Assembly (NCBI RefSeq): GCF_000008665.1
Contig: NC_000917.1
Coordinates: 450,001 to 482,000 of the forward strand
Source of the DNA: Archaeoglobus fulgidus DSM 4304
GTDB lineage: Archaea; Halobacteriota; Archaeoglobi; Archaeoglobales; Archaeoglobaceae
DNA length: 32,000 nucleotides
Direction: 5' to 3'
Both the position numbers and the translations under genes were made by a program. Shown here one piece after another: positions 9,648 to 19,557 of the stretch. The stretch's first letter is position 1, and every line of letters begins with the position of its first letter. The notes below the pieces were generated by a model. It did not search any database and was not told the origin of the DNA. It saw only the letters and a list, made by a program, of their open reading frames with translations.

Positions 9648-10642
9648 TCGGAGTGATTTTCGGCGTAATAGTGCCCTACATTGCCGTAGCGATATTCGTT
9701 ATCGGAGTGATTTACAGAATCGTTAACTGGGCCAACAGTGCTGTTCCTCTTAAGATCCCCACGACTGGTGGGCAGCAGAAGTCCTTCCCCTTCATCAAAA
9801 GAACGATTTACGACCGCTTTGACTCTCCCTACACATGGTGGGAGACTGCAGGAAGAATGCTCCTTGAGATATTCTTCTTCCGCAGCCTGCTGAAGAACAC
9901 CCGCTACTACCTCGACAGAGTCTCGCAGAAGGATGCCCGCTGGCTCTGGCTCTTCGGAATACTGTTCCACTACTCATTGCTGCTCGTCCTCATCAGGCAC
10001 TCAAGGTTCTTCCTCGACCCAGTTCCAAGCTTTGTTGAGACTCTTAGCGAGATTGAGGCCTTCAAGGGTGTCTTCATTCCATCCGTCTATATGTCAGGAC
10101 TGGCGATTGTTGCAGCCCTCTTCCTGCTCTGGCTAAGGAGAATTTTCCTTTCCAGAGAGAGGACACTCAGCCTTCCGAGCGACCACTTTGCCCTGATTCT
10201 TCTCCTTGCGATTACAATCAGCGGCAACGTAATGAGGTACTTCGTCAAGGCCGACCTGTTTGCGGTTAAGGAGCTTCTCATGAGCCTGATGACCTTCAAC
10301 ATCGGCCACGCCGTTGAGGTTGCAAACACAATAGAGCCAATATTCTACGTTCACTTCGCCCTTGCAAGCTTCCTGCTTGCGTACTTCCCCTTCAGCAAGC
10401 TGATGCACGCTGGCGGAGTTTTCTTCTCACCCACGAGGAACATGCCCAACGACAACAGAGCAAGGAGGCACGTCAACCCATGGGACCCGGCAGACGTTCC
10501 GCTGCTTGCTAAGGGAATCACCGTTGCTGGAAGAGTTTACAAGTCAAAGAAGCTCGACTGGGATACCTATTACAGCATGTACACTGATCAGCTGCAGGAG
10601 ATTGAAGAGGCGGACTACAAGATTGTTCCCGAGGAGTTGTGA
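9644..10642 (+). CDS. hmeC: HmeC / DsrM-like membrane cytochrome b subunit (NarI-like)
   Basis: 332 aa, multi-TM, GILFHYSLLLVLIRHSRFFLDPVP and HVANT-type histidines typical of DsrM/HmeC; overlaps hmeB by 4 nt. Confidence 0.9.
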   Translation: MIGVIFGVIVPYIAVAIFVIGVIYRIVNWANSAVPLKIPTTGGQQKSFPFIKRTIYDRFDSPYTWWETAGRMLLEIFFFRSLLKNTRYYLDRVSQKDARWLWLFGILFHYSLLLVLIRHSRFFLDPVPSFVETLSEIEAFKGVFIPSVYMSGLAIVAALFLLWLRRIFLSRERTLSLPSDHFALILLLAITISGNVMRYFVKADLFAVKELLMSLMTFNIGHAVEVANTIEPIFYVHFALASFLLAYFPFSKLMHAGGVFFSPTRNMPNDNRARRHVNPWDPADVPLLAKGITVAGRVYKSKKLDWDTYYSMYTDQLQEIEEADYKIVPEEL

Positions 10643-10652
10643 GGTGGTATAA

Positions 10653-12320
10653 ATGGAAGAGATGCCCGAAAGAATAGAGATAAAGCAAAAATTCCCAAGC
10701 TGGAGAGAGATGCTAAAACCAGTTAAGGAGTTCGAGGAGGGAAGGCTAAGCTACCTGTCATTGCCCAAGCAGGTTGATTCAGAATGGTTCAAAATGCCAT
10801 TCGGTGACGTTGAGAGAGATTTTCACGACCTCAAGCTTCCGGAAAACTGGAAGGAGATCTTCCTTGAGGCGATGAAGGATACACTGGAAAAGAACAGGTC
10901 GTTCAAGCTGTTCATGGACATCTGTGTAAGGTGTGGGGCCTGTGCAGATAAATGCCACTACTACATTGGCACAGGCGACCCCAAGAACATGCCTGTTGCA
11001 AGAGCAGAGCTAATCAGGTCAGTTTATCGCCGCTACTTCACCCCTGCAGGAAAGTTCTTCGGCGAGTGGGCTGGAGCGAGGGAACTCAACGAAGATGTGC
11101 TGAAAGAGCTTTACTACTACGCCTACCAGTGCTCCCTCTGCAGAAGGTGCAGCCTCTTCTGCCCCTACGGCATTGACACAGCAGAGATAGTGTGGTGGCT
11201 CAGAAGAATGCTCAGCAGAGTTGGCCTCAACCAGAGGTTCATGACCATATCCATTGAAGCTTCATCGAGAACAGGCAACCACCTCGGTCTGCTGCCTGGA
11301 GGAATGTATGGTGCAATACAGCAGGGACTGGAGGAGCTTAAAGACTACACCGGCTTTGACCTCCACACCTACATAAACAAGAAGGGAGCCGACATCCTCT
11401 TTGTTGCCCCATCAGCGGACTACTTTGCAACGCCTCACTGGTATGTCATGCTCGGATACCTTCTGCTCTTCAACGAGCTTGAGGAAAAGTACGGTTTGAC
11501 CATCACATGGTCAACCTACGCCAGCGAGGGAGGTAACTTCGGAACTTTCCACAGCTACGAAGCAGCGCAACTCCTCAACTCGAAGATTTACAAAGAGGCT
11601 GAAAGGCTCGGAGTGAGCTTCATCATCGGTGGAGAGTGCGGGCACATGTGGAGGGACAAGCACCAGTTCATCAACACCATGAACCTGCCACCAAAGCACG
11701 AGGAGTGGAGGAGATTCTGGGAAGACCCCGACCTTGGAAATCTGGCCGAAGGTCTTAGGGGAGTGAGATTTGACAGCTACGCCTCTGGAGAGCACGGATG
11801 GATTCACATCCTTGAGTTTGTTGCCGCACTGATAGAGCACAAGAAGATTGTCGTTGACAAAAGCAGAAACGACAAGTGGATCGCAACCTACCACGACCCG
11901 TGCAACGTTGCAAGAGGTATGGGGCTCATCGAGGAGCCGAGATACGTGCTGAGGAACGTGATGAACAACTTTTACGACATGCCCGAGCACACAATCAAGG
12001 ACAAGACCTACTGCTGCGGTGCTGGTGGAGGTATGCTGGCTGACGAGCTCATGGATTTGAGAATGCGTGGAGTTATGCCGAGAATGATGGCCGTCAGGCA
12101 TGTTTACAGAAAGTACGGAGTGAACATCCTGCTTACACCCTGCGCTATCGACAAGGCCCAGTTCCCGCACGCGCTCGAATACTGGAAGATTCCCATTGAG
12201 GTTGGGGGTCCAATGGAGATGGTTGGCAACGCTCTCGTCATGACAGCATTCGGTGAAAAGCCAGAGGACAGGCAGTTTGACCTGAGAGGAGAGCCTTTAA
12301 AACCAGAGGAGGGTGAGTGA
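10653..12320 (+). CDS. hmeD: HmeD / DsrK-like Fe-S protein (HdrD-like, CCG domain)
   Basis: 555 aa; Fe-S motifs CVRCGACADKCHYYIGTGDP and CSLCRRCSLFCPYGID; C-terminal CCG-domain YHDPCNVARGMG...YCCGAGGG. Confidence 0.93.
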   Translation: MEEMPERIEIKQKFPSWREMLKPVKEFEEGRLSYLSLPKQVDSEWFKMPFGDVERDFHDLKLPENWKEIFLEAMKDTLEKNRSFKLFMDICVRCGACADKCHYYIGTGDPKNMPVARAELIRSVYRRYFTPAGKFFGEWAGARELNEDVLKELYYYAYQCSLCRRCSLFCPYGIDTAEIVWWLRRMLSRVGLNQRFMTISIEASSRTGNHLGLLPGGMYGAIQQGLEELKDYTGFDLHTYINKKGADILFVAPSADYFATPHWYVMLGYLLLFNELEEKYGLTITWSTYASEGGNFGTFHSYEAAQLLNSKIYKEAERLGVSFIIGGECGHMWRDKHQFINTMNLPPKHEEWRRFWEDPDLGNLAEGLRGVRFDSYASGEHGWIHILEFVAALIEHKKIVVDKSRNDKWIATYHDPCNVARGMGLIEEPRYVLRNVMNNFYDMPEHTIKDKTYCCGAGGGMLADELMDLRMRGVMPRMMAVRHVYRKYGVNILLTPCAIDKAQFPHALEYWKIPIEVGGPMEMVGNALVMTAFGEKPEDRQFDLRGEPLKPEEGE

Positions 12321-12321
12321 A

Positions 12322-12750
12322 ATGTACAACAAGAAGTATGTGATTCCCCTGATTTTGGTTTTTCTCATCGGCTTCTTCACGCCCTACTGGTACAACGCGA
12401 TGGCCGGAACCCTTGGCCACGTCCCCACGCTTAAGGAGCCTGCTGGAAACTGTGTCGAGGACAAGGACTGGATGGCCGCAAACCACATGCTTTTGCTTCA
12501 GCAGTGGAGAACTCAGGCTATAAGGCACGGAGCAGAGGGAGGGGGGATTTACCATAGCTTCACAACTGGAGAGGAATACCACGCCTCAACCAACACCTGC
12601 TGGAGCTGCCACGACAGCAAGGAGGAGTTCTGCGACCAGTGTCATGACTACGTTGGCATCCACCCAGAGTGCTGGGACTGCCACTACACGCCAAGCGTTG
12701 AGAAGCCGCATTACAGCGGGATTGAAGAGCTTAGCAAGTATTTCTCCTAA
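12322..12750 (+). CDS. hmeE: HmeE / DsrJ-like membrane-anchored triheme cytochrome c
   Basis: N-terminal anchor [29 protein letters not shown]; three CXXCH motifs (CWSCH, CDQCH, CWDCH); [13 protein letters not shown] region as in DsrJ. Confidence 0.92.
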
Positions 12751-13610
12751 TTTTTATCCATTTTGTAAAGCTCGGCCCTTCTCGCCTCAAGAAGCTCCTC
12801 TTTGACTCCAGCAAACTCTGCTGCAGATTCAACCTTCACTCCAGCTTCCTCTCCTGCTTTGAAAACCTCCTGCATCTTCTCCCTCCACCTCAGGTCTCTC
12901 GTAAGATGATGGTCGAGGACTAGCGTTTTGACGTCTTCAGCAATCAGTCTCTTCAGGTTCTCAACGCTGCTCTCGAAGGACTTCTGCGAGAAGCGGTAGC
13001 CGAGCATGTATGTCATTGGCCCATCGATGAAAACAACCTCAGCAGACTTCTCAAGCATGAAGGCAAGCTGCTCCTCATTGTTCGGCCCCTCCACATCTGA
13101 GGAAAAGAGGAAGCTGCTCTTCCCATCCTCAACATAAACCTCAACAACAAATCCAAGCCTGCTGTCTGCGCCATGAAAAACCGGTTTTGAGAGCTCAACA
13201 ACCGTGTTGCCGAATTCGTAGCTTTTTCCATCGCAGTAGTCTATCTCAACATCCACACTTTTAAGCTGCTCTAAGAAGTAGGCGGCCCTTCCCTTCTGGC
13301 TCCTGTTGATTTTTTCCGTTGGATGTTTCAGCAAGAGCTTTTTTCCAGAAAAAATTTCAACCTCGTTGGGGTCGTGGTGGTCGTAGTGGTAGTGGGTTAT
13401 GATGGCAACTTCGGCCTTCTTCATCATTTCCTTGATTTCCTCCCACTTCTGATTCATCCTCTCGATCTCAATTCTGTGGGGAGGGAGACGGTAGCGTTTG
13501 GGAGCGAGACTGACGCCGGGATCGATGAGAATAGAAACGTCTGCTGTTTTAACAAAGGTTGCCATGCTTCTCACTCCCATCGAGTCGTAGGCTATGGGGA
13601 CGACTTCCAT
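12747..13610 (-). CDS. UPF0282-family metallo-beta-lactamase-fold hydrolase
   Basis: [18 protein letters not shown] start (ORF track extends to 13652, this internal ATG is likelier); [10 protein letters not shown] metal-binding motif; FSSDVEGP and DHHLTRD. Confidence 0.88.
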
Positions 13611-13657
13611 AACGTTTCTTGGGCAAACAATAAAAAAACCTGACGACGACATCCTTT

Positions 13658-14284
13658 GTGCTGAGAGCGGAGCTTCACGTTCACTCGTCCTTCAGCGACG
13701 GAAGGGACGGTGTGAGGAAAATACTGGAGGCTGCAGTGGAGAAAAAGCTCGAAGTTATTGCGATTACAGACCACGATACCGTTCAGGGCTCTCTTGAGGC
13801 CATAGACATCGTTAAGGAGGAGCACTTACCGCTGAAAGTTCTTCCGGGTTGCGAGGTTACGGCGTCAACGGGGCACGTGCTTGTTTACGGTATAACGAAG
13901 GACATTGAGCCCAGAATGTCCGTTGAGGAGACCTGCAAGATTGCGAGAGAGCTTGGAGGTGTTTGTTTTCTTGCCCATCCATTCGATTTTATCAGAAAAG
14001 GGAGTGTAAGGCTGAAAGATTTTAAAATGGTGGACGGAATTGAGACGTTCAACGCAAAGAGCTACTTCAACTTCCTCGCCAAAAGATACGCTAAGAAGCT
14101 CTCCAAACCAGAAATTGCGGGCAGCGATGCCCACTCAGCCAGAGCGGTTGGCTTGGCTATTAACTACTTACCCGACGAGTTTGACCTTCTGAACGCGCTC
14201 TTTCACGCTCGGTTTGACGGCAGAAGAGTTTCAATCAGGGAGAGATTAGCTTTTCTGCGATTTCGACTAAATCAACGACTTTGA
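13658..14284 (+). CDS. PHP-domain metal-dependent phosphoesterase-like protein
   Basis: [23 protein letters not shown] and SDAHSA motifs; GTG start. Confidence 0.9.
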
Positions 14285-15335
14285 TTCTATTGCCAAGCTT
14301 TTCTGCAGATTTAGATAGGTGATACTCGCAGAAGGGACAGCAGGTAATGAGGTATTCCGCCCCCGTTTCCATCGCTTCCAGAACTCTCTGCCTTCCGATT
14401 TCAAAGGAAATTTCAGGGAACTGACTCCTCAATCCCCCACCAGCGCCGCAGCAAAGAGCCTGCTCTCTGTTTCTCTCCATCTCCACAAAGTTGATGCCAA
14501 GCCTCTTTATAACGTTTCTCGGCTCCTCGTACATCCCCATATGCCTTCCTAGGTGACAGGGGTCATGATAAGTTGCCTTCAAATCTATTTTTTCAAACTC
14601 CCCCATTTTATCGAGTATTGAGACGGTGTGGACAACCTCAATGTCAAACTCGTAGCCTTTCTCCTCCGCAATTTTGGGGTAGTCCAGTGATATCGTTCTG
14701 TAGCATCCGGGACAGGACGTTATTATCCTCTCTATTCCCATCTTCTGCCAGTATGCGTAGTTTTTCTCAAACAGCCTTTCAACAATGTCTTTCTGTCCTG
14801 TTCGCAGGAACGGGGAACCGCAGCAGTACTCATTCTTACCGGCAATTGTAAAATCGATTCCGAGCTTTTCCAGAACGCTGGCTGTTGACTTGGCAAGATT
14901 TTGCAATCTGAAGCTTGCGGTGCAGCCCGCAAAATACAGCGTCTTAGCAGGTTTTATCTCAAAGTCTGCCCAGTCCCCCCTCCTTTCCTGATCACCACTG
15001 TAGGGGTTGTAGTTTCTGAAGGTAATCTCCCTGAGCTTTCTGTGAACAGAGAGCGGAGCCAGTCCCTTTTGAACGAGCGTCCTTCTCAGTTCCTCCCAGA
15101 AGTCGATTAGGGGAAGCTCTACCGGGCAGACTTCCTGACACAAGCCGCACACCGAGCACTTGAAAATGTCCTTGACGATTTTCTGGTCAACGTCTATCTC
15201 CCCATCCACATATTTTAGGGCTAGCTGAATCTTCCCCCTCGGAGATACGGTTTCCCATCCCTCTATCCTGTAGGTTGGGCAGGTTGTGCAGTATCCGCAC
15301 TTGCTGCACTTCGCTGCAATCTCTCTGATGTTCAT
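14235..15335 (-). CDS. CCG-domain Fe-S oxidoreductase subunit (GlcF / HdrD-like)
   Basis: CSKCGYCTTCPTY and CSVCGLCQEVCPVE Fe-S motifs plus two CCG motifs (EYCCGSPFLRTGQ; ALCCGAGGG). Confidence 0.88.
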   Translation of the reverse strand: MNIREIAAKCSKCGYCTTCPTYRIEGWETVSPRGKIQLALKYVDGEIDVDQKIVKDIFKCSVCGLCQEVCPVELPLIDFWEELRRTLVQKGLAPLSVHRKLREITFRNYNPYSGDQERRGDWADFEIKPAKTLYFAGCTASFRLQNLAKSTASVLEKLGIDFTIAGKNEYCCGSPFLRTGQKDIVERLFEKNYAYWQKMGIERIITSCPGCYRTISLDYPKIAEEKGYEFDIEVVHTVSILDKMGEFEKIDLKATYHDPCHLGRHMGMYEEPRNVIKRLGINFVEMERNREQALCCGAGGGLRSQFPEISFEIGRQRVLEAMETGAEYLITCCPFCEYHLSKSAEKLGNRIKVVDLVEIAEKLISP

Positions 15336-16533
15336 AGCACCATCTCCACGAGCCTTATCAGCCTGGAAAAGCTGTTACTCTCAACAGCCTTTCCCGGATT
15401 GAGCAGTGATTCAGGGTCAACGGCCTTTTTGAAATCCTTAGCAAAGTCGAGAAAACCTTTGTGGGGGAAAAGCATTCCAGTTGCGTAGGCTCTTCCACCA
15501 AGCCTTTCTGCAATTCTTATGAACTTAATGGCCTTCAATGCAGCCTTGTAGTAGTTATCGATGGGAAGAAGACCGAGAAACACAACATTGTCCTTTGTAA
15601 AGACGGCTTCAACCGGCAAATCAACCTTTAAGTAGAAATCGGATGCCGTTTCATACGGTAGGACAGCTTCGGTAAATATGACTTCCTTTTCCCTCCCAGC
15701 CTTGAAGAGGTTGAAGCGGTTGCCCCACATCCTGCTCCCGAGCTCCCTGTCCCCCTCCATCTCTGCCTCTCCCTCATAGCTCAGGAGTAAAAGGTCGGAA
15801 TCGCCAAATCCAAGCATTCCTGCAAGTTTTTGATTGATGAACGCCCCGTGGTAGGCCCCTTCAAGCAAGTCGATGGATTTCTCAAATTCCGCCTCAGTCG
15901 CTACGCTCTCTATTTTTGTGTTTTCCCTCACCTTCAGGCATGCTTTCAGTATAAGCCCCGTCGTGCCGAAAAGGCCGACGTAGTTCTTCATCTCTTCCCC
16001 GCTAACCCTCTTAACATCCTTGAAGTCGGCAACCTCGATCCACTCTAAGTTCTCCCCAATCCCGCCGTACTTCAAACTCCCTATCCCGTAACCGCCCTGT
16101 GCTATCCACCCGCCCACGGTTCCGGCTGGGGCGCTGGATGGATAAACTCTCAAGGCCAAACCGTGCCTGTTGAGTTCCTTTTCCACCTCCAGCCAAACTG
16201 CACCGCTTTCTGCAACCGCCTTTTCATCACCAACAACTACATCTCTCATTCTGGTAAAATCAACGACGATGCAAGGCTTTATCGTCACGGCCCCGCCATA
16301 GGCGGAGGTTGCAGCACCTCTGGGAACGACCGGAATCTTATGCTTCCTGCTGATTTTCAAGATAGCCTTTACATCCTCATCGGTTTCAGGCTGAACAACG
16401 CAGATTGGGTGTTTTACAATCGCTCCATAATTCTGGGTATTTTGAGCAAATCCTGAGCATAAAGAATCCTTTGCAAGGGATGAGCATCAACTCTTTTAAT
16501 TGAGTGGGATAATTCCAATACTAACGAATCCAT
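15332..16533 (-). pseudogene. FAD-binding oxidoreductase (GlcD-like), apparently frame-broken near its N-terminus
   Basis: 15332..16360 encodes the FAD_binding_4-type body (ISRKHKIPVVPRGAATSAYGGAV). The same frame reads upstream as IVKHPICVVQPETDEDVKAIL. A separate minus-strand frame starting at ATG 16533 encodes MDSLVLELSHSIKRVDAHPLQRILYAQDLLKIPRIMERL* (ends 16414), a plausible missing N-terminus. Confidence 0.75.
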
Positions 16534-16651
16534 AATGAGGATAGGCTTGCAAACTAAAAAATTTTGTGAAAATGATTTATAGTTTATAATATCTTGTGTC
16601 GAGACAGCTGAGGAGCCAAAGTTTATATTCAGCCATTGCGAAGGGATAACG

Positions 16652-17662
16652 ATGAAGATCAACCTTGAAGAGCTTAAATTCGGCACGGAGCTGATCAAGC
16701 GAGGATTCGCCAAGATGCAGAAGGGCGGAGTGATAATGGACGTCACCAACGCCGAGCAGGCGGCGATAGCCGAGGAGGCGGGAGCGGTTGCTGTAATGGC
16801 CTTGCACAAAGTACCGGCAGACATAAGGGCTGCTGGTGGTGTGGCGAGAATGGCCGACCCGAAGAAAATTCAGGAGATAATAGATGCGGTCACCATTCCG
16901 GTAATGGCTAAGTGCAGAATCGGCCACATAGCTGAGGCAAGAGCCTTGGAGGCTCTCGGAGTTGACATGATTGACGAGAGTGAAGTGCTAACACCAGCAG
17001 ACGTCTTCTTCCACATCGACAAAAGGAAGTTCGTCGTGCCCTTCGTCTGCGGTGCCAGAAGTTTAGGCGAGGCTGTGAGGAGAATCTGGGAGGGAGCGGC
17101 GATGATTAGAACGAAGGGAGAAGCGGGGACTGGCAATGTTGTTGAAGCAGTGAAGCACATGAGGCTGATAAACAGAGCAATCTTCGAGCTGCAGAAAATG
17201 AACGAGGAGAGAATTTACGGTGTTGCTGAGAAGTACGCTTCCAGGTACGCTGAGCTCGCCTCAAGAGTTAGGGAGGAGATGGGGCTGGAGAGCGTTTCGA
17301 GGAACGATGTTGTCTTTGAGGAATACACCCTCGGAGAAATAATAGACGGCATCTACGAGATTCTCCTTGAGATCAGGGAACTCGGAAGGCTGCCGGTTGT
17401 GAACTTCGCCGCTGGAGGAGTTGCTACACCAGCAGATGCCGCATTGATGATGCAGCTAGGAGCTGACGGTGTTTTCGTTGGCTCAGGCATATTCAAATCC
17501 TCCAATCCACCAGAGTATGCGAAGGCAATAGTTGAGGCTGTGCAGCACTACGACGAGCCAGAGGTTGTGGCAGAAGTTTCAAAAGGACTGGGAGAGGCGA
17601 TGAAGGGACTTGATGTTTTCAAGCTGAGCGAGGATGAGAGGCTGCAAACGAGAGGGTTATGA
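16652..17662 (+). CDS. pdxS: Pyridoxal 5'-phosphate synthase lyase subunit PdxS
   Basis: 336 aa; [46 protein letters not shown] and [31 protein letters not shown]-type sequence. Confidence 0.98.
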
Positions 17663-18255
17663 AAGTTGCAGTGGTGGGCGTTCAGGGAGACGTAGAGGAG
17701 CACGTCCTGGCGACGAAAAGGGCCCTTAAAAGGCTTGGGATTGATGGAGAGGTTGTTGCTACAAGAAGGAGAGGTGTTGTTTCAAGAAGCGATGCCGTTA
17801 TTCTTCCTGGTGGGGAGAGCACGACAATAAGCAAACTCATTTTTTCCGACGGCATTGCTGACGAAATTTTGCAGCTTGCAGAAGAGGGAAAGCCGGTTAT
17901 GGGTACATGTGCTGGTTTGATACTCCTTTCCAAATATGGCGACGAGCAGGTTGAAAAAACGAACACGAAGCTTTTGGGTCTGCTGGACGCGAAGGTTAAG
18001 AGAAACGCCTTCGGAAGGCAGAGGGAAAGCTTTCAGGTGCCTCTGGATGTAAAGTACGTTGGAAAGTTCGATGCCGTATTTATAAGAGCTCCGGCCATAA
18101 CTGAAGTCGGGAAAGACGTGGAGGTGCTTGCAACCTTTGAGAACCTCATCGTTGCAGCAAGGCAAAAAAACGTTTTAGGCCTAGCCTTTCATCCCGAACT
18201 GACGGATGATACGAGAATTCACGAGTTCTTCCTTAAACTTGGAGAAACGAGCTAA
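17659..18255 (+). CDS. pdxT: Pyridoxal 5'-phosphate synthase glutaminase subunit PdxT
   Basis: 198 aa; [47 protein letters not shown]; ATGA overlap with pdxS. Confidence 0.97.
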
Positions 18256-19124
18256 TGAATTCAAAGACGCATCTCCTTTTGGCCCTAACAATGCTTATAT
18301 GGGCGGGCTCGTTTATATTCATAAAGATAGGGCTTAAGGAGCTCGATCCCTTTAATCTCGCATTTTACCGATTCCTCTTGGCGTCTCCGCTTTTGATGGC
18401 CTGGGTTTTCTGGAAAAGAGGCCTTGCAAAGCCGAGCGGCTCAGAGTGGCTTCACCTCTCGGTTCTCGCTCTGTCGGGAGTCACTCTGCTCTACGCCTTT
18501 CAGTTTCTCGCTCTGAAGTACACAACGGCAACAAACGCCTCAATACTAATAAACACCTCAGCTGTTTTCGTTGCCCTGTGGGGACTTGTAAAGGGAGAGG
18601 CCAATCCAAGAAAGCTGGCAGGGGTTTTTCTGTCTTTCGCCGGAGTGGTTCTCATCGTTTCTAAAGGCACTCTGGAATTTTTCAGCTCCAAAACCATATT
18701 CGGTGATGTTCTTATGATTGTTGACGGCTTCCTGTGGGCCGTTTACACCGTTCTGGGTTCTAAAATGCTTTTGAAGTACGACCACGAAACCCTCACGGCC
18801 TACGCATTTGCGCTGGGAACCATTTTTCTCATTCCCTTCGCCCTGATGTCGGGTTTTGCAAACCCAGTAACCTTCAATCCAGAAACGGTGGCAGCATTGC
18901 TCTACCTTTCCATTCTATGCTCGGTTTTCGCTTACGTGGTGTGGTACTACGCTTTAACCAATGCCGATTCGACCAGTGTGGCGGTTTACGTTTATCTAGT
19001 GCCACTCTTCACCGCAATATTCGCCTTCTATGCACTCAACGAGAAACCCGATTTCTTCACCGCCATCGGAGGAATAATTACAATTGCCGGCGTCTATCTC
19101 ACCACGGCCAAGCAGCATCAATAG
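18255..19124 (+). CDS. EamA/DMT-superfamily transporter
   Basis: 289 aa, about 10 TM segments, duplicated EamA-type domains (WAGSFIFIKIGLKELDPFNLAFYRFLLASPLLM; FLWAVYTVLGSKMLLKYDHETLTAYAF). Confidence 0.88.
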   Translation: MNSKTHLLLALTMLIWAGSFIFIKIGLKELDPFNLAFYRFLLASPLLMAWVFWKRGLAKPSGSEWLHLSVLALSGVTLLYAFQFLALKYTTATNASILINTSAVFVALWGLVKGEANPRKLAGVFLSFAGVVLIVSKGTLEFFSSKTIFGDVLMIVDGFLWAVYTVLGSKMLLKYDHETLTAYAFALGTIFLIPFALMSGFANPVTFNPETVAALLYLSILCSVFAYVVWYYALTNADSTSVAVYVYLVPLFTAIFAFYALNEKPDFFTAIGGIITIAGVYLTTAKQHQ

Positions 19125-19156
19125 TTTTATAAATCCTCGACTCAAGCAACTTCTGC

Positions 19157-19546
19157 ATGGAGTTCAGGGTTGTAATTTCGGATCCAAAGACGGGGAGAGC
19201 ATACCAGAAAGTCGTTGAGGGGGCCAACGCCAACAGGCTCATAGGGAAACAGATAGGCGACGTCATCAGCGGCACAATCGTTGACCTCCCACCCGACTAC
19301 GAGCTGAAGATTACCGGCGGAACGGACAGGGACGGATTTCCGATGAGGCCCGACCTGCCAGGAACGGCAAGAAGAAGGCTGCTCCTCAGCGGCGGTGTAG
19401 GGTTCAGGCCAAAGGAGAAGGGGCTTAGGAAGAGAAAGGGAGTCAGGGGCAGAGTTATCTCCAAGGACATTCTCCAGATCAACACCGTAGTCGTCAAGCA
19501 CGGAAAGGTTCCGCTGGAAGAGATATTCAAGCAGAAGGAAGAGTGA
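19157..19546 (+). CDS. rps6e: Ribosomal protein S6e
   Basis: MEFRVVISDPKTGRAYQKVVEGANANRLIGKQIGDVISGTIVDLPPDYELKITGGTDRDGFPMRPDL. Confidence 0.98.
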   Translation: MEFRVVISDPKTGRAYQKVVEGANANRLIGKQIGDVISGTIVDLPPDYELKITGGTDRDGFPMRPDLPGTARRRLLLSGGVGFRPKEKGLRKRKGVRGRVISKDILQINTVVVKHGKVPLEEIFKQKEE

Positions 19547-19557
19547 AGTAGAGTGAA

